From contig CBDUVB010000006.1 in NCBI GenBank assembly GCA_965370555.1, forward strand, positions 2,372 through 66,371: a stretch of 64,000 bases of DNA, read 5' to 3'. The notes below the pieces were generated by a model. That model was not told the origin of the DNA, did not search any database, and was given only the letters and a program-made list of their open reading frames with translations. This document shows positions 27,319-35,687 of this stretch, one piece after another; the first letter of the stretch is position 1, and every line of letters starts with the position of its first letter. Origin of the DNA: an uncultured bacterium. Lineage in GTDB: Bacteria; Bipolaricaulota; Bipolaricaulia; UBA7950; UBA9294. Position numbers and translations under genes: made by a program.

Positions 27319-29376
27319 TCAAGCCCGCGTCTCGGACACGGTTGGCCGGGATCTTGGTTGGATGAACCCCAGGACCACGGTCACGACGATCATCACCACG
27401 TAGAAAGCGATCATCGCTCCCAACCCGGAGAGACCGAGCAGACTCCCCCCGCTGAACACGAGGATCGCCACCAGGAGCCCGAGGAAGATCGGGTAGACCG
27501 TGGCGAACAGCATCCATCGCCATCCTGCCTGTAGCTTGATCATCAGTAACGTCGCCACACACGGCGGGTAGAGGGCCATGAACAGCATCATCGCTACAGC
27601 GTGCAGGGGAGTCCATCCTTTCTCCTGTTCGCTTATCTGCTGTTCGAGGCTCGTTCCATCATCACTTTGTCCCGAGGCCTGATAGATGCTCCCGAGGGTA
27701 GCGACCACGCTCTCCTTGGCAGCGAACGCCCCGATCAGGCCGACGTTGACACGCCAGTTGAACCCGGCGAGCCTGGTGAACGGTTCCACCGCAATCCCAA
27801 GGCGGCCGAGAAGGCTCGCCTCCAGCTGTTCCTGGTGCTTCTCGGCCCTGAGCTTCTGTGTCCCTCGACCGACCGTCTGGAATGCCTTGTTCGCCGCCAC
27901 GGCACTCGTGTCGATGAGGATGCTCCCACTGACTGTGATGTTCCCGGTTCGCACGATACCGAAGAAGAACGGATCAGCATCCTGCCAGCTCTGATAGAAC
28001 GCGGCCTTGAGTGCCGGTCGATAATCAGGCAGGACTGTGGCATATTCGGTCAAGTAGGCGCGGTGCGCAGCCTGATAGGCAGTGAAGTAACGGCCAAACG
28101 CGTCGATCTCGTCCTCGCTCAGCGTAACCTTTCCTTTATTCGCCACCTTGAAGAACTCGGGGTTCCTCTCCAGGTACGCCCGCTCCACCGCAGTCTTGGC
28201 CGTGGTCGTGACCGCTCCCCGCTTAGTCGATCGGTAGGCGTCGGCGAACTGTGCGTAATCGGCCGCCTGCTGCGATGTGGAGAGGAAGATCCCGTACGGG
28301 TTCTCCGGACCGATCTCTTCGAGGAACGTCCCGATCAATCCGTCGATCTGTCGGGTGTAATAAGCTTTTCGCTCGGTTTCGAGTGCGGGAAAGTTCAGCA
28401 GGAAGTACAAGGCCAACATCACGACGGCAACGACGGTGATGATCTTCTTGACGAAGATCCACAGCCGCTCCAGCACGCGGCGGGCCACGTTCTGCACTGT
28501 GGGAAGGTGGTAGACCGGCATCTCGAGCACGAACGGGGCCGTCGGCCTGTTCTTGAGGACGGTCAACGACAGGACCTTGCTGACCGACAGGGCGAAGAGC
28601 AGGGTGATCGTCGACATCATGAACATCATCAGTCCACTGACCTTGGTGAAGAACAGGCCGATCAACAGCAGGTAGAACGGAATCTTGGCCAGACAGTTCA
28701 TCAGTGGGACGACGAGCATCGTGCTCATGCGCGCCTTCTCGTCCTTGATCCCGCGGCAGGCCATCACACCCGGGATCGCACAGCCTCCAATGAACAGGCC
28801 GCTGAGCATCAGCGGAAGGGCCGACTGGCCGTGCAGACCGAACGGGCGGAAGAGCCGATCGAGCACGAACGACACCCGCGCCATGTACCCGGTGTCCTCG
28901 AGGATCGCCACCAGCGCGAACAGGATGGCGAAGATGGGAACGTAGTTGAGGACCGCAATGATCCCGTTCACCGTCCACAGGACGACGGAGCGAATGACCG
29001 GATCGAACACCAGCCCTTCACCAGGGAGGAGCGAGAGGATGGCGTTCTTGACCGAGCCAAGGACCGGCCACCAGTAGTTGGTGAGGTTGTACCCCTGCAC
29101 GATTGCCAATTGGTAGATGCCGTACAGAATCCCCGCCAGGATGATCGGGCCGGCGTAGCGGCTGCAGACGAAACGATCGATCCGATCGGTGAGGGTGCGG
29201 CGAGGGGTTCTATCCCTTATTACGCAGGCCGCCGCGACCCGATCGGCTGCCTGGTAGCGTTTCTGCGCAATCACCTTCTCCACGGCGCGGCCGTGCGCCT
29301 TGAGGAACGCCTCGCGGTGCGATGCGGTCTCACGAGCGATGGCTTCGCCTGAGGGTGCGGTCTTCTCCGGCATCAC
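27319..29376 (-). CDS. feoB: Ferrous iron transporter FeoB, membrane (nucleoside-recognition/Gate) portion, encoded separately from the G domain
   Basis: Polytopic membrane protein with the paired Gate/nucleoside-recognition motifs of the FeoB C-terminal domain (GxxxxPG-type loops). It starts with ATGA overlapping the stop of the G-domain ORF. Confidence 0.8.
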   Translation of the reverse strand: MMPEKTAPSGEAIARETASHREAFLKAHGRAVEKVIAQKRYQAADRVAAACVIRDRTPRRTLTDRIDRFVCSRYAGPIILAGILYGIYQLAIVQGYNLTNYWWPVLGSVKNAILSLLPGEGLVFDPVIRSVVLWTVNGIIAVLNYVPIFAILFALVAILEDTGYMARVSFVLDRLFRPFGLHGQSALPLMLSGLFIGGCAIPGVMACRGIKDEKARMSTMLVVPLMNCLAKIPFYLLLIGLFFTKVSGLMMFMMSTITLLFALSVSKVLSLTVLKNRPTAPFVLEMPVYHLPTVQNVARRVLERLWIFVKKIITVVAVVMLALYFLLNFPALETERKAYYTRQIDGLIGTFLEEIGPENPYGIFLSTSQQAADYAQFADAYRSTKRGAVTTTAKTAVERAYLERNPEFFKVANKGKVTLSEDEIDAFGRYFTAYQAAHRAYLTEYATVLPDYRPALKAAFYQSWQDADPFFFGIVRTGNITVSGSILIDTSAVAANKAFQTVGRGTQKLRAEKHQEQLEASLLGRLGIAVEPFTRLAGFNWRVNVGLIGAFAAKESVVATLGSIYQASGQSDDGTSLEQQISEQEKGWTPLHAVAMMLFMALYPPCVATLLMIKLQAGWRWMLFATVYPIFLGLLVAILVFSGGSLLGLSGLGAMIAFYVVMIVVTVVLGFIQPRSRPTVSETRA

Positions 29377-30107
29377 TGCGATTCCCCTGGTTCTTCCGAA
29401 CGGCTTAACCGGTAGTCCCGCGCCTCAACGGCTCCTGTTACGAGCTTCCGTACTTCCGGATCATCCTCCAGCAGCTTAATCGCCAGCCAGCGTACGGGAT
29501 AGCGACCGGCGAGGTGCGCTTGCTGCGACAGTTTTGCCTCCAGCAGCGCGATGATCGATTCCAACGCCTCGCCGTAGTCGACGCGGAACCGCGAGCGGTG
29601 ATCTTCCTTGTTCGCACACGCGGCCCAGATTGCCTCGCGCAGATCGCGTTTCCCCTTACCACGGTTACCGATAGTGGGGATCACGGGGACCTGAAGTTCA
29701 TCGCTCAAGCGCGACGGATCGACATCGATACCACGGCCGTTGGCGATGTCCATCATGTTGAGAGCGACAACAAGAGAGAACTCCATCTCCAGCAGTTGAA
29801 AGGTGAGGTATAGATTGCGCTCCAGGTTGGAGGCGTCGACGATGTTCAGCACGAGATCTGGACTCTCGTCCAGCAGAAAGTCCCGCGCCACCCGCTCCTC
29901 CAACGAATAAGAAGTGAGGCTGTAAGTTCCGGGAAGGTCGACCAACGTTATCCTGTCCCCTTTATGGGCGAACAGGCCGATGCGCTTCTCCACTGTCACC
30001 CCGGGGTAGTTGGCGACGAACTGCCGTGCCCCGGTGAGGGTGTTGAACAAGGTCGACTTGCCGCAGTTCGGCTGGCCGGCAACGGCGACGGTGAATGCAC
30101 GGCTCAC
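29373..30107 (-). CDS. feoB: FeoB N-terminal GTPase (G-domain plus helical GDI-like domain) as a separate ORF
   Basis: G1 AVAGQPNCGKSTLFN, a G2 Thr, G3 DLPG and G4 NxxD. GTG start at 30107 overlaps the feoA stop (GTGA). The ORF-track extension to 30221 overlaps feoA and is unlikely. Confidence 0.75.
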   Translation of the reverse strand: MSRAFTVAVAGQPNCGKSTLFNTLTGARQFVANYPGVTVEKRIGLFAHKGDRITLVDLPGTYSLTSYSLEERVARDFLLDESPDLVLNIVDASNLERNLYLTFQLLEMEFSLVVALNMMDIANGRGIDVDPSRLSDELQVPVIPTIGNRGKGKRDLREAIWAACANKEDHRSRFRVDYGEALESIIALLEAKLSQQAHLAGRYPVRWLAIKLLEDDPEVRKLVTGAVEARDYRLSRSEEPGESQ

Positions 30108-30328
30108 AGCGGCTCCACCTCCACACCCTCCGCCTCGGCGTGGCGGATCGACACGTGATAGCCACGCACGAGAAGGTCGATCGGATCGACCAACGGCGCG
30201 TTGCGCACGATCTTCACCCACGTCCCTTCGACAAACCCCATATCGAGCAAACGCTGTCCGATGGCCCCGCTCAAGGTGATATCGACAATGCGGGCTTCCT
30301 GTCCAACCCTCAGCTCATCGAGCGTCAT
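30104..30328 (-). CDS. feoA: FeoA-domain protein (copy 2)
   Basis: 75-aa SH3-like FeoA: L..L..G..A.I......GAIGQRLLDMGFVEGTWVKIV...PLVDPI.L.VRGY. The start was moved to ATG 30328. Confidence 0.75.
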   Translation of the reverse strand: MTLDELRVGQEARIVDITLSGAIGQRLLDMGFVEGTWVKIVRNAPLVDPIDLLVRGYHVSIRHAEAEGVEVEPL

Positions 30329-30636
30329 CGACGGAACCTCCGTCCGCGGCCGTGGTGTCTGCGACCCCATCCTCGCCGACCGCGCGCTCCACCGAAGCGA
30401 CACACTCGAATCTGGTTTGCCAAGTCGGGCTCGATCGCAAGCCGGGTCTCACCGGCGGCGACCAACAGAGGAGAGCGATTGCCGGCGACAAGTACCTCAA
30501 TCTCCGAATCGAGGGCGAGGCCCATGTCGCTCAACCGCTTCTCGGTCTCCGTCCCGCCATTCATGGCAACGATCCTCGCCCGTTCACCTGCCAGCAGCTC
30601 GGCGAGCGGTGTTATGCGCTCATCCACCTCGTTCAT
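30325..30636 (-). CDS. feoA: FeoA-domain protein (copy 1) with an Arg/Gly-rich C-terminal tail
   Basis: PLAELLAGERARIVAMNGG...RLSDMGLALDSEIEVL is a FeoA fold. The last ~25 aa (ARGRRGWGRRHHGRGRRFRR) are basic and low-complexity, overlap the next gene's RBS region, and may be partly artefactual. Confidence 0.6.
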   Translation of the reverse strand: MNEVDERITPLAELLAGERARIVAMNGGTETEKRLSDMGLALDSEIEVLVAGNRSPLLVAAGETRLAIEPDLANQIRVCRFGGARGRRGWGRRHHGRGRRFRR

Positions 30637-30721
30637 GTCGCCCCTTTCACGTCATCTGGTCGGTAGGGCCGGGCCCCGCTGAGCACAGCGGGGCCAAACC
30701 CACCTTGGGTAAGTTGTCGCG

Positions 30722-31576
30722 CTACGGAGCCTCGTCGATGGCGTACACCTTGAACATGATGCACGCACCGATCTCCTGCCCTTTGCCGTTGTAGTCCGCT
30801 CCCTCGAGCAACGCGACGAAGCCCCACCAGCCGGGCCACGGGAAGCTGTAGCTGAACACCCCGTTCTCGTCGGCCATTATCTGCTGGCTTGGGAAGCTCC
30901 CGCCGGGGAGGGCGACCGATTCCACGTTCGGGAACGCCCCCTTGAACGGGACCGGGTTGAGGTGCTCGACTTCGAGCTCAGCACCGGGCACCGGCTCTCC
31001 GTCGAGGAGAACGACGCCGGTGAACGTGTTCCCCACCCACAGTGGAGTGGTCGGCGTTAGCGGGACGATCTCCGCCTTGAGGCCGACCGGTGTATTCCAG
31101 TCGGTAGGCAGGCCGCCCGAGTTGATGATCAACTTCGAGTACTGGGTGATGTACCCGTCCTCGATCGAGTCAAAGTACGAACCCGGTGCGAGGTAAAAGA
31201 CGAAATCACCCATCCCGCGTGCGCGGTATTCGATCCGGTAGGCGTTGACGCTGATCGCGCCGTGCTCAAACTTGAATGGCTCCAGCGTGTCGGTTAGATT
31301 CCTCTTCACACCTTTGTGCAGTACACCAACCTCGGCCGGGGCCTCCATGTCCATGCTGGTCGGGTCAGCCCCCGTGCCAGTGTGGTGTTGCGGATCATCT
31401 GAGTGGATGGCTCCGGTCGGGTGGGTGAATATCAGCTGTAGTTCGAGGTTCTTGGAGTCCCCTTCGCTGAGGTAGTCATCCGAGGGGAGGATCATCTGAA
31501 AGTGCCCGAACGAGGCCAGGCTCAGCCCCAGCACTGTTACCAGCGTCAACATCAATAAACGAGTCAATCTCTTCAT
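30722..31576 (-). CDS. DUF4198-family periplasmic protein (NikK-like metal-binding component) with signal peptide
   Basis: Signal peptide MKRLTRLLMLTLVTVLGLSLASFG. The predicted mature N-terminus begins at a His (HFQMILPSDDY…), and the protein has a transthyretin-like C-terminal region, as in DUF4198 proteins found with Ni/Co uptake systems. The start was moved to ATG 31576 (RBS AAGGAGGAAA). Confidence 0.55.
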   Translation of the reverse strand: MKRLTRLLMLTLVTVLGLSLASFGHFQMILPSDDYLSEGDSKNLELQLIFTHPTGAIHSDDPQHHTGTGADPTSMDMEAPAEVGVLHKGVKRNLTDTLEPFKFEHGAISVNAYRIEYRARGMGDFVFYLAPGSYFDSIEDGYITQYSKLIINSGGLPTDWNTPVGLKAEIVPLTPTTPLWVGNTFTGVVLLDGEPVPGAELEVEHLNPVPFKGAFPNVESVALPGGSFPSQQIMADENGVFSYSFPWPGWWGFVALLEGADYNGKGQEIGACIMFKVYAIDEAP

Positions 31577-31694
31577 GTGTTTTTCCTCCTTACCTGTAAC
31601 TTTTGTTCCCATTTGTTTCCATCCGCGATCGCTCGGTGTTTTCGGTCTGTGCATCACCCCCAATCGATGAGAGTCTTTGTTTCATTCGATTTCG

Positions 31695-32378
31695 TCACGC
31701 TTGCCGTCCTCTTTTCCCCACTGTCCAACCGACGAAGAACAATACACCGCCGCAAAGGACGAGGAGCACCAGGGCAATGAACGCCAACAGTGCCACGATA
31801 ACCCACAGGACGGAATCCGCTGAACTGCCTGCTTGAGCGTTCGTTGTACCCGGCATCCACGCAGGGGACGACGCACCGGAGGCCCCGGGTGTTGCCGATT
31901 CGGCGGTCGAAACCGTCGGGGTCACTGCGGGGGTGGACACCACGGGTGTCGCTGATACGGAGGGAGTTACGGGTACGCCCTGTGTGCCATTTGACGGCGC
32001 GGCGTCCTCCGGTTCCTCGATTGCAGACGAATAGATACCTTCCTTGGTGACCACGTGTCCCGGTCCGGCATCGAAGATCACGTAGTACGGCCGAACATCG
32101 GGGATCGAAATACTCTCTACCGCGCCGTAATCATCGAGCTTCCCTTCCCACAGGGTATTCCCATCAGCGTCTTCCATTCGGACAGGAATTCCGGCTGCAC
32201 TCGAACCATCGGAGAACCCGCCTTCGATGTAGATCGTGCCGTCCTCGTTGTCCTCTATGTAGAGGAGTGGGGTGTGGGCACTGGCGGAGACTGCGATAAG
32301 AAGGCATGTCAAAGCGGCGATCATGAGGATCAAGACCCTTCGCCTGTTGCCGCTCCTCTCATATTGGTACTGACTCAT
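31695..32378 (-). CDS. Secreted, C-terminally membrane-anchored protein with a Thr/Pro/Val-rich linker; the predicted mature N-terminus begins at His
   Basis: Signal peptide (…LIAVSASA|HTPLLY…), a ~100-aa domain rich in D/E/G, a TPxVS-rich low-complexity linker, and a C-terminal TM helix with a basic tail (GKRGRQA). No family recognised. Confidence 0.55.
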   Translation of the reverse strand: MSQYQYERSGNRRRVLILMIAALTCLLIAVSASAHTPLLYIEDNEDGTIYIEGGFSDGSSAAGIPVRMEDADGNTLWEGKLDDYGAVESISIPDVRPYYVIFDAGPGHVVTKEGIYSSAIEEPEDAAPSNGTQGVPVTPSVSATPVVSTPAVTPTVSTAESATPGASGASSPAWMPGTTNAQAGSSADSVLWVIVALLAFIALVLLVLCGGVLFFVGWTVGKRGRQA

Positions 32379-32451
32379 CGTTTCCTCCTTACGGGAACCG
32401 TTATATTGTTAGTTATGTCTAACTTTGTCAGTAAAAAAACTTCCTTTTCTT

Positions 32452-32922
32452 TCAGCTCCCCGCTCCCACCATGTTGGGATCATGCTCCCCATATTCGAGG
32501 TAGTAAGAGAACCCTTTGTGCCAGGCGGGTTCAGACTGTGGGCACGAGGTAAGAAATTCGACGAATTCCGAAAACCTCTTCAGGCTCGCCGGGCTCAACA
32601 CGTGCTCCATCCGGCAAGCGTCTTCTTCTGCTCTTTCTCGATCGATGCCGAGAATCTCTGTTAGGAAACGGAGCATGATCTCGTGGCGACGGATGACGTC
32701 GTCAGCCACCCTGCGCCCCTCTGCCGTAAGTTCAATGGAGCCGTATCGCTCATGTCGAACAAGCCCTGCTTTTGCCAGCTTGTTTAAGGCAGCGGATACG
32801 CTCGGCTTGCTCACCCCGAGCGCCTTGCTCAGCTCAGTCACCCTTGCGATGTTGCCAGCCTCGCTCAGCCAGCCGATCGCTTCGAGGTAGTCCTCCATGC
32901 TAGAGCTCTGTCCTGTGATCAT
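32452..32922 (-). CDS. DtxR/MntR-family metal-dependent transcriptional repressor
   Basis: N-terminal HTH (MEDYLEAIGWL...ARVTELSKALGVSKPSVSAALNKL), a metal-binding/dimerisation domain and FeoA-like C-terminal residues. RBS AAGGAAAC. Confidence 0.85.
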   Translation of the reverse strand: MITGQSSSMEDYLEAIGWLSEAGNIARVTELSKALGVSKPSVSAALNKLAKAGLVRHERYGSIELTAEGRRVADDVIRRHEIMLRFLTEILGIDRERAEEDACRMEHVLSPASLKRFSEFVEFLTSCPQSEPAWHKGFSYYLEYGEHDPNMVGAGS

Positions 32923-33116
32923 GAGTTTCCTTGATCGTAAATGTTAGACATGGTTAACAATACTAACGATCCGGTTGCTTTTTGTCAAGGCTCCGGTGTG
33001 CAACCGATACCTCGCTAGAATTCATGGGGGTTCGCGCGTTCCTCTCCCCAACTGGTCCTCGTGAAATAGCGGCCGCATCTTCAACGGACTCTTTGCTGCC
33101 GGAAAGAAACGCGTTG

Positions 33117-34502
33117 TCATCCCTTTCCTACCGCGACAAAGCAAAGGTCGGCCACGTTAGTCCCGGTCGGGCCAGTGACAATCAGATCCCCAGCTTCCTC
33201 CAAGGCTTTGTAGGAGTTGTTCTGCTCCAGATATTCCCCGGGATCGATGCCTCGTTCCCGCATCCGACCAACCGTTTTCCCGTCGACCATTCCCCCGGCT
33301 GCGTCGGTCGGGCCATCGCGCCCATCAGTTCCTATAGAAGAGATCACCACCTGAGGAATCCTTTCGATCCCTTGTGCGGCCGACAGGGCGAGTTCCTGAT
33401 TGCGCCCTCCCTTGCCGGTTCCCCGCACGGTGACCGTTGTCTCCCCAGCGGCAAGGATCAACGCGGGAAGAGGGACCGGCTGGCCGCTGCTCGCCTCCTC
33501 CCTCGCCACGGCGGCCAGGATCTTACCCACCTCTCGCGCCTCACCTTCGAGGGTGGTCGTGAGGAAAAGCGTGTGATAACCCAAGCGATCCCCTTCCTCG
33601 CGCGCGGCATCGAGGGCGTCGGATCCCGAGCCAATGATCGTGGTCGTCACCCGTTGCAGCACATCGTCTCCGGGTTTGGGAGTCTCCTCAATCTCGCCGC
33701 GGACGCCCGCCTCAACCCGTTTTCGAACGGGGTCCGGTATTTCCTCCCACAGTCGATACTGACGCAGGATTCGCTTTACCTGGTCAAAGGTCGTCGGATC
33801 GCCCACGGTCGGACCGGATGCGATCGCGTTCAAGGGATCACCGGGCACGTCGGAGAGAACGAGAGCAAGGACCTGCGCGGGGAAGGCGTGCCGCGCAAGC
33901 TGTCCGCCTTTCACCTGCGAGAGGTGCTTTCGCACCGTATTGATCTCCTGGATCTTCGCCCCGGAGCGGAGGAGGAGTTCGTTTATCGCGGCAAGATCAG
34001 AGAGAGTGATCCCGGAGGCGGGCAGAGGGAGAAGAGCCGAACCTCCCCCGGAGATGAGAACGATCACGAGAGCCTCCTCGTTCGCCTCCTCGACAAGGGC
34101 CACGATCCGTTCCGCGGCCGCTCGGCCGCGCGCATCGGGAACAGGGTGGGAAGCCTCCACGACCTCCACTCTCCGAGTGGGAACCCTGTACCCGTCGGCA
34201 GTGACCACGAGCCCACCGGAGATCCGCTCGCCCAAGAGGTCTTCCAAGGTCGCGGCCATCCGTGCCGAGGCTTTCCCTATACCCACAACGAGTATTCGCT
34301 GGATACGGGAAAGGTCGAAGGTTTCCTTCTCGAAGGGCTCCTTCGAGAAGGAAACCTTCGCAACGTGGAGTTGATCCCCCTCGACGTGCACGGCGCGGCG
34401 CAGACACGTCTCCGGAGCGACCGCTATCAATGCCGCTTGAGCGATCCGATCGAGATCGGCGCGCAGGCTTTCCACATCTCTTGTGAGTCGTCGTTTGCCC
34501 AT
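33117..34502 (-). CDS. Glycerate 2-kinase (MOFRL family, GckA/TtuD-type)
   Basis: DUF4147-like N-domain plus a MOFRL C-domain (…ALVLSDVPGD…GGETTVT…GKGGRNQE…IGTDGRDGPTD…). 461 aa. Confidence 0.8.
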   Translation of the reverse strand: MGKRRLTRDVESLRADLDRIAQAALIAVAPETCLRRAVHVEGDQLHVAKVSFSKEPFEKETFDLSRIQRILVVGIGKASARMAATLEDLLGERISGGLVVTADGYRVPTRRVEVVEASHPVPDARGRAAAERIVALVEEANEEALVIVLISGGGSALLPLPASGITLSDLAAINELLLRSGAKIQEINTVRKHLSQVKGGQLARHAFPAQVLALVLSDVPGDPLNAIASGPTVGDPTTFDQVKRILRQYRLWEEIPDPVRKRVEAGVRGEIEETPKPGDDVLQRVTTTIIGSGSDALDAAREEGDRLGYHTLFLTTTLEGEAREVGKILAAVAREEASSGQPVPLPALILAAGETTVTVRGTGKGGRNQELALSAAQGIERIPQVVISSIGTDGRDGPTDAAGGMVDGKTVGRMRERGIDPGEYLEQNNSYKALEEAGDLIVTGPTGTNVADLCFVAVGKG

Positions 34503-35662
34503 CAGCTGTCCAAGATCGATCGTTGCTCTTCGAAAACGGGTAGCTGCCCTCGGATATAGGCCTCCGCTTCCTCATCGCTCATCGCTTCCGTCTCGCGTAC
34601 CAGGCTCAAGAACCGGCCCTGCCACAGAACGCGCAAGACGTCGAGGATCTTGAGGTCTTCCGAAACGGAGAACGCGTCGATTGCCAGGTAGACTGCCCTC
34701 ACCCAAAGAGAAAGAGGAAAGGAATAGCTGTCGAGTTCGCGGGAAGCAATACGGTCTAGATCCTCTCGTAGATCTCCGAGAAAGGCCGCATTCTCCCCCA
34801 TCAGCTCTTCGTACTTCTCCTTGAACCGCTGGAGGAGGTCCTTCTGGTCGACCGTAATCGCTCCGGGGCGCTTATCAGGCATCTCTCCCAACCGTTCCAC
34901 CGGGCGGACTTCATGCACGGTCTCGATGTAGTCGTGGTAGTAATTGATCAATCGGAAGAGGGTCCCAACAACTTGATAGAACATCGGAACCAGCAGCTTG
35001 TCCGGGTCCGCGTACTGCTTGGTGGATTCGTGTTCTTTCACTCCCAGAACAGCTTCGGCGATCTCCATCTGCTCAGACGTGGCGACCAGGGTGATGAAGA
35101 TGTCAATCCCGAATTTCTCGGGAAAGAGTTCGTGCTGGAGAAGGCGTTCCAACAAACGCGCGGAGATCCCGTATTCCCCACCGATCGGCTGCCGCACCCC
35201 CACACCGAACAGAACGTTAGTCAGCGGGTAAGCGATCTGATTGGTGATCACCCCATCGTAGTGATGGCGTAGGTAGTAAGGAACGACCAGATCCTTCCCA
35301 TCAAGGATTGGACCGGCGAGCTTGTGAACCCAATTCGATTCGATGCTCGTCAGGTCTCCGTCGACTAGGGCGACCGCGGAAGCGCCACGCTCCTGAGCGA
35401 TCTCGAGGATCGTGCGGACGCCGTTTCCTTTTCCAAGTCCCCCTGTTTGAGGAGTGAATAGAACCTCCGTTGTCGTCTCCGTTGCTTGCACTTTTTCCTT
35501 TGTATCGTCGTTCGAAAACCCATCGGAGACGACGATCATGGAGTGCTTGGCTGGGAAGAACTGCTCAAGTCCCCTATCGACCGTCTTGAGCACGCCGGCA
35601 ACCGTATCGGCACAGTTCTTGGTGCAAACCCCAACGACAATATCGAGCGTATTTCTATCCAT
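34502..35662 (-). CDS. GT-A glycosyltransferase of the mannosylglycerate-synthase / glucosyl-3-phosphoglycerate-synthase type (GT78/GT81-like)
   Basis: GLGKGNG...VALVDGDL (DXD) ...PYYLRHH... and QPIGGEYG blocks align with the Rhodothermus mannosylglycerate synthase pattern (GKGDG...YDADITS...HYFPR...QPLGGE) as recalled from memory. ATG 35662 has SD GGAGGAAGAC. It overlaps the glycerate kinase start by 1 nt. Confidence 0.55.
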   Translation of the reverse strand: MDRNTLDIVVGVCTKNCADTVAGVLKTVDRGLEQFFPAKHSMIVVSDGFSNDDTKEKVQATETTTEVLFTPQTGGLGKGNGVRTILEIAQERGASAVALVDGDLTSIESNWVHKLAGPILDGKDLVVPYYLRHHYDGVITNQIAYPLTNVLFGVGVRQPIGGEYGISARLLERLLQHELFPEKFGIDIFITLVATSEQMEIAEAVLGVKEHESTKQYADPDKLLVPMFYQVVGTLFRLINYYHDYIETVHEVRPVERLGEMPDKRPGAITVDQKDLLQRFKEKYEELMGENAAFLGDLREDLDRIASRELDSYSFPLSLWVRAVYLAIDAFSVSEDLKILDVLRVLWQGRFLSLVRETEAMSDEEAEAYIRGQLPVFEEQRSILDS

Positions 35663-35687
35663 GTCTTCCTCCAATATTATTCCGAGC

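Noticed and set aside
27601-29352. 583-aa ORF on the + strand antisense to feoB. Similar long antisense ORFs lie opposite trpS (1796-2671 +), prs (4458-5345 -), clpC (6818-7444 -), glycerate kinase (32982-34559 +; 33997-34575 -), the HK (19352-19972 -, 20210-20983 -), the SBP (45973-46617 -) and the PKD gene (56841-57560 +)
   Set aside because: Their translations are low-complexity Arg/Asp/His/Pro-rich, with no motifs, and they lie fully inside well-supported genes on the opposite strand. This is the typical stop-codon-poor antisense frame of high-GC DNA.
30325-30400. Arg/Gly-rich C-terminal tail of the first FeoA as a separate functional peptide
   Set aside because: It is more likely read-through of the FeoA frame into the downstream feoA ribosome-binding region. 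No independent start or conservation signal.
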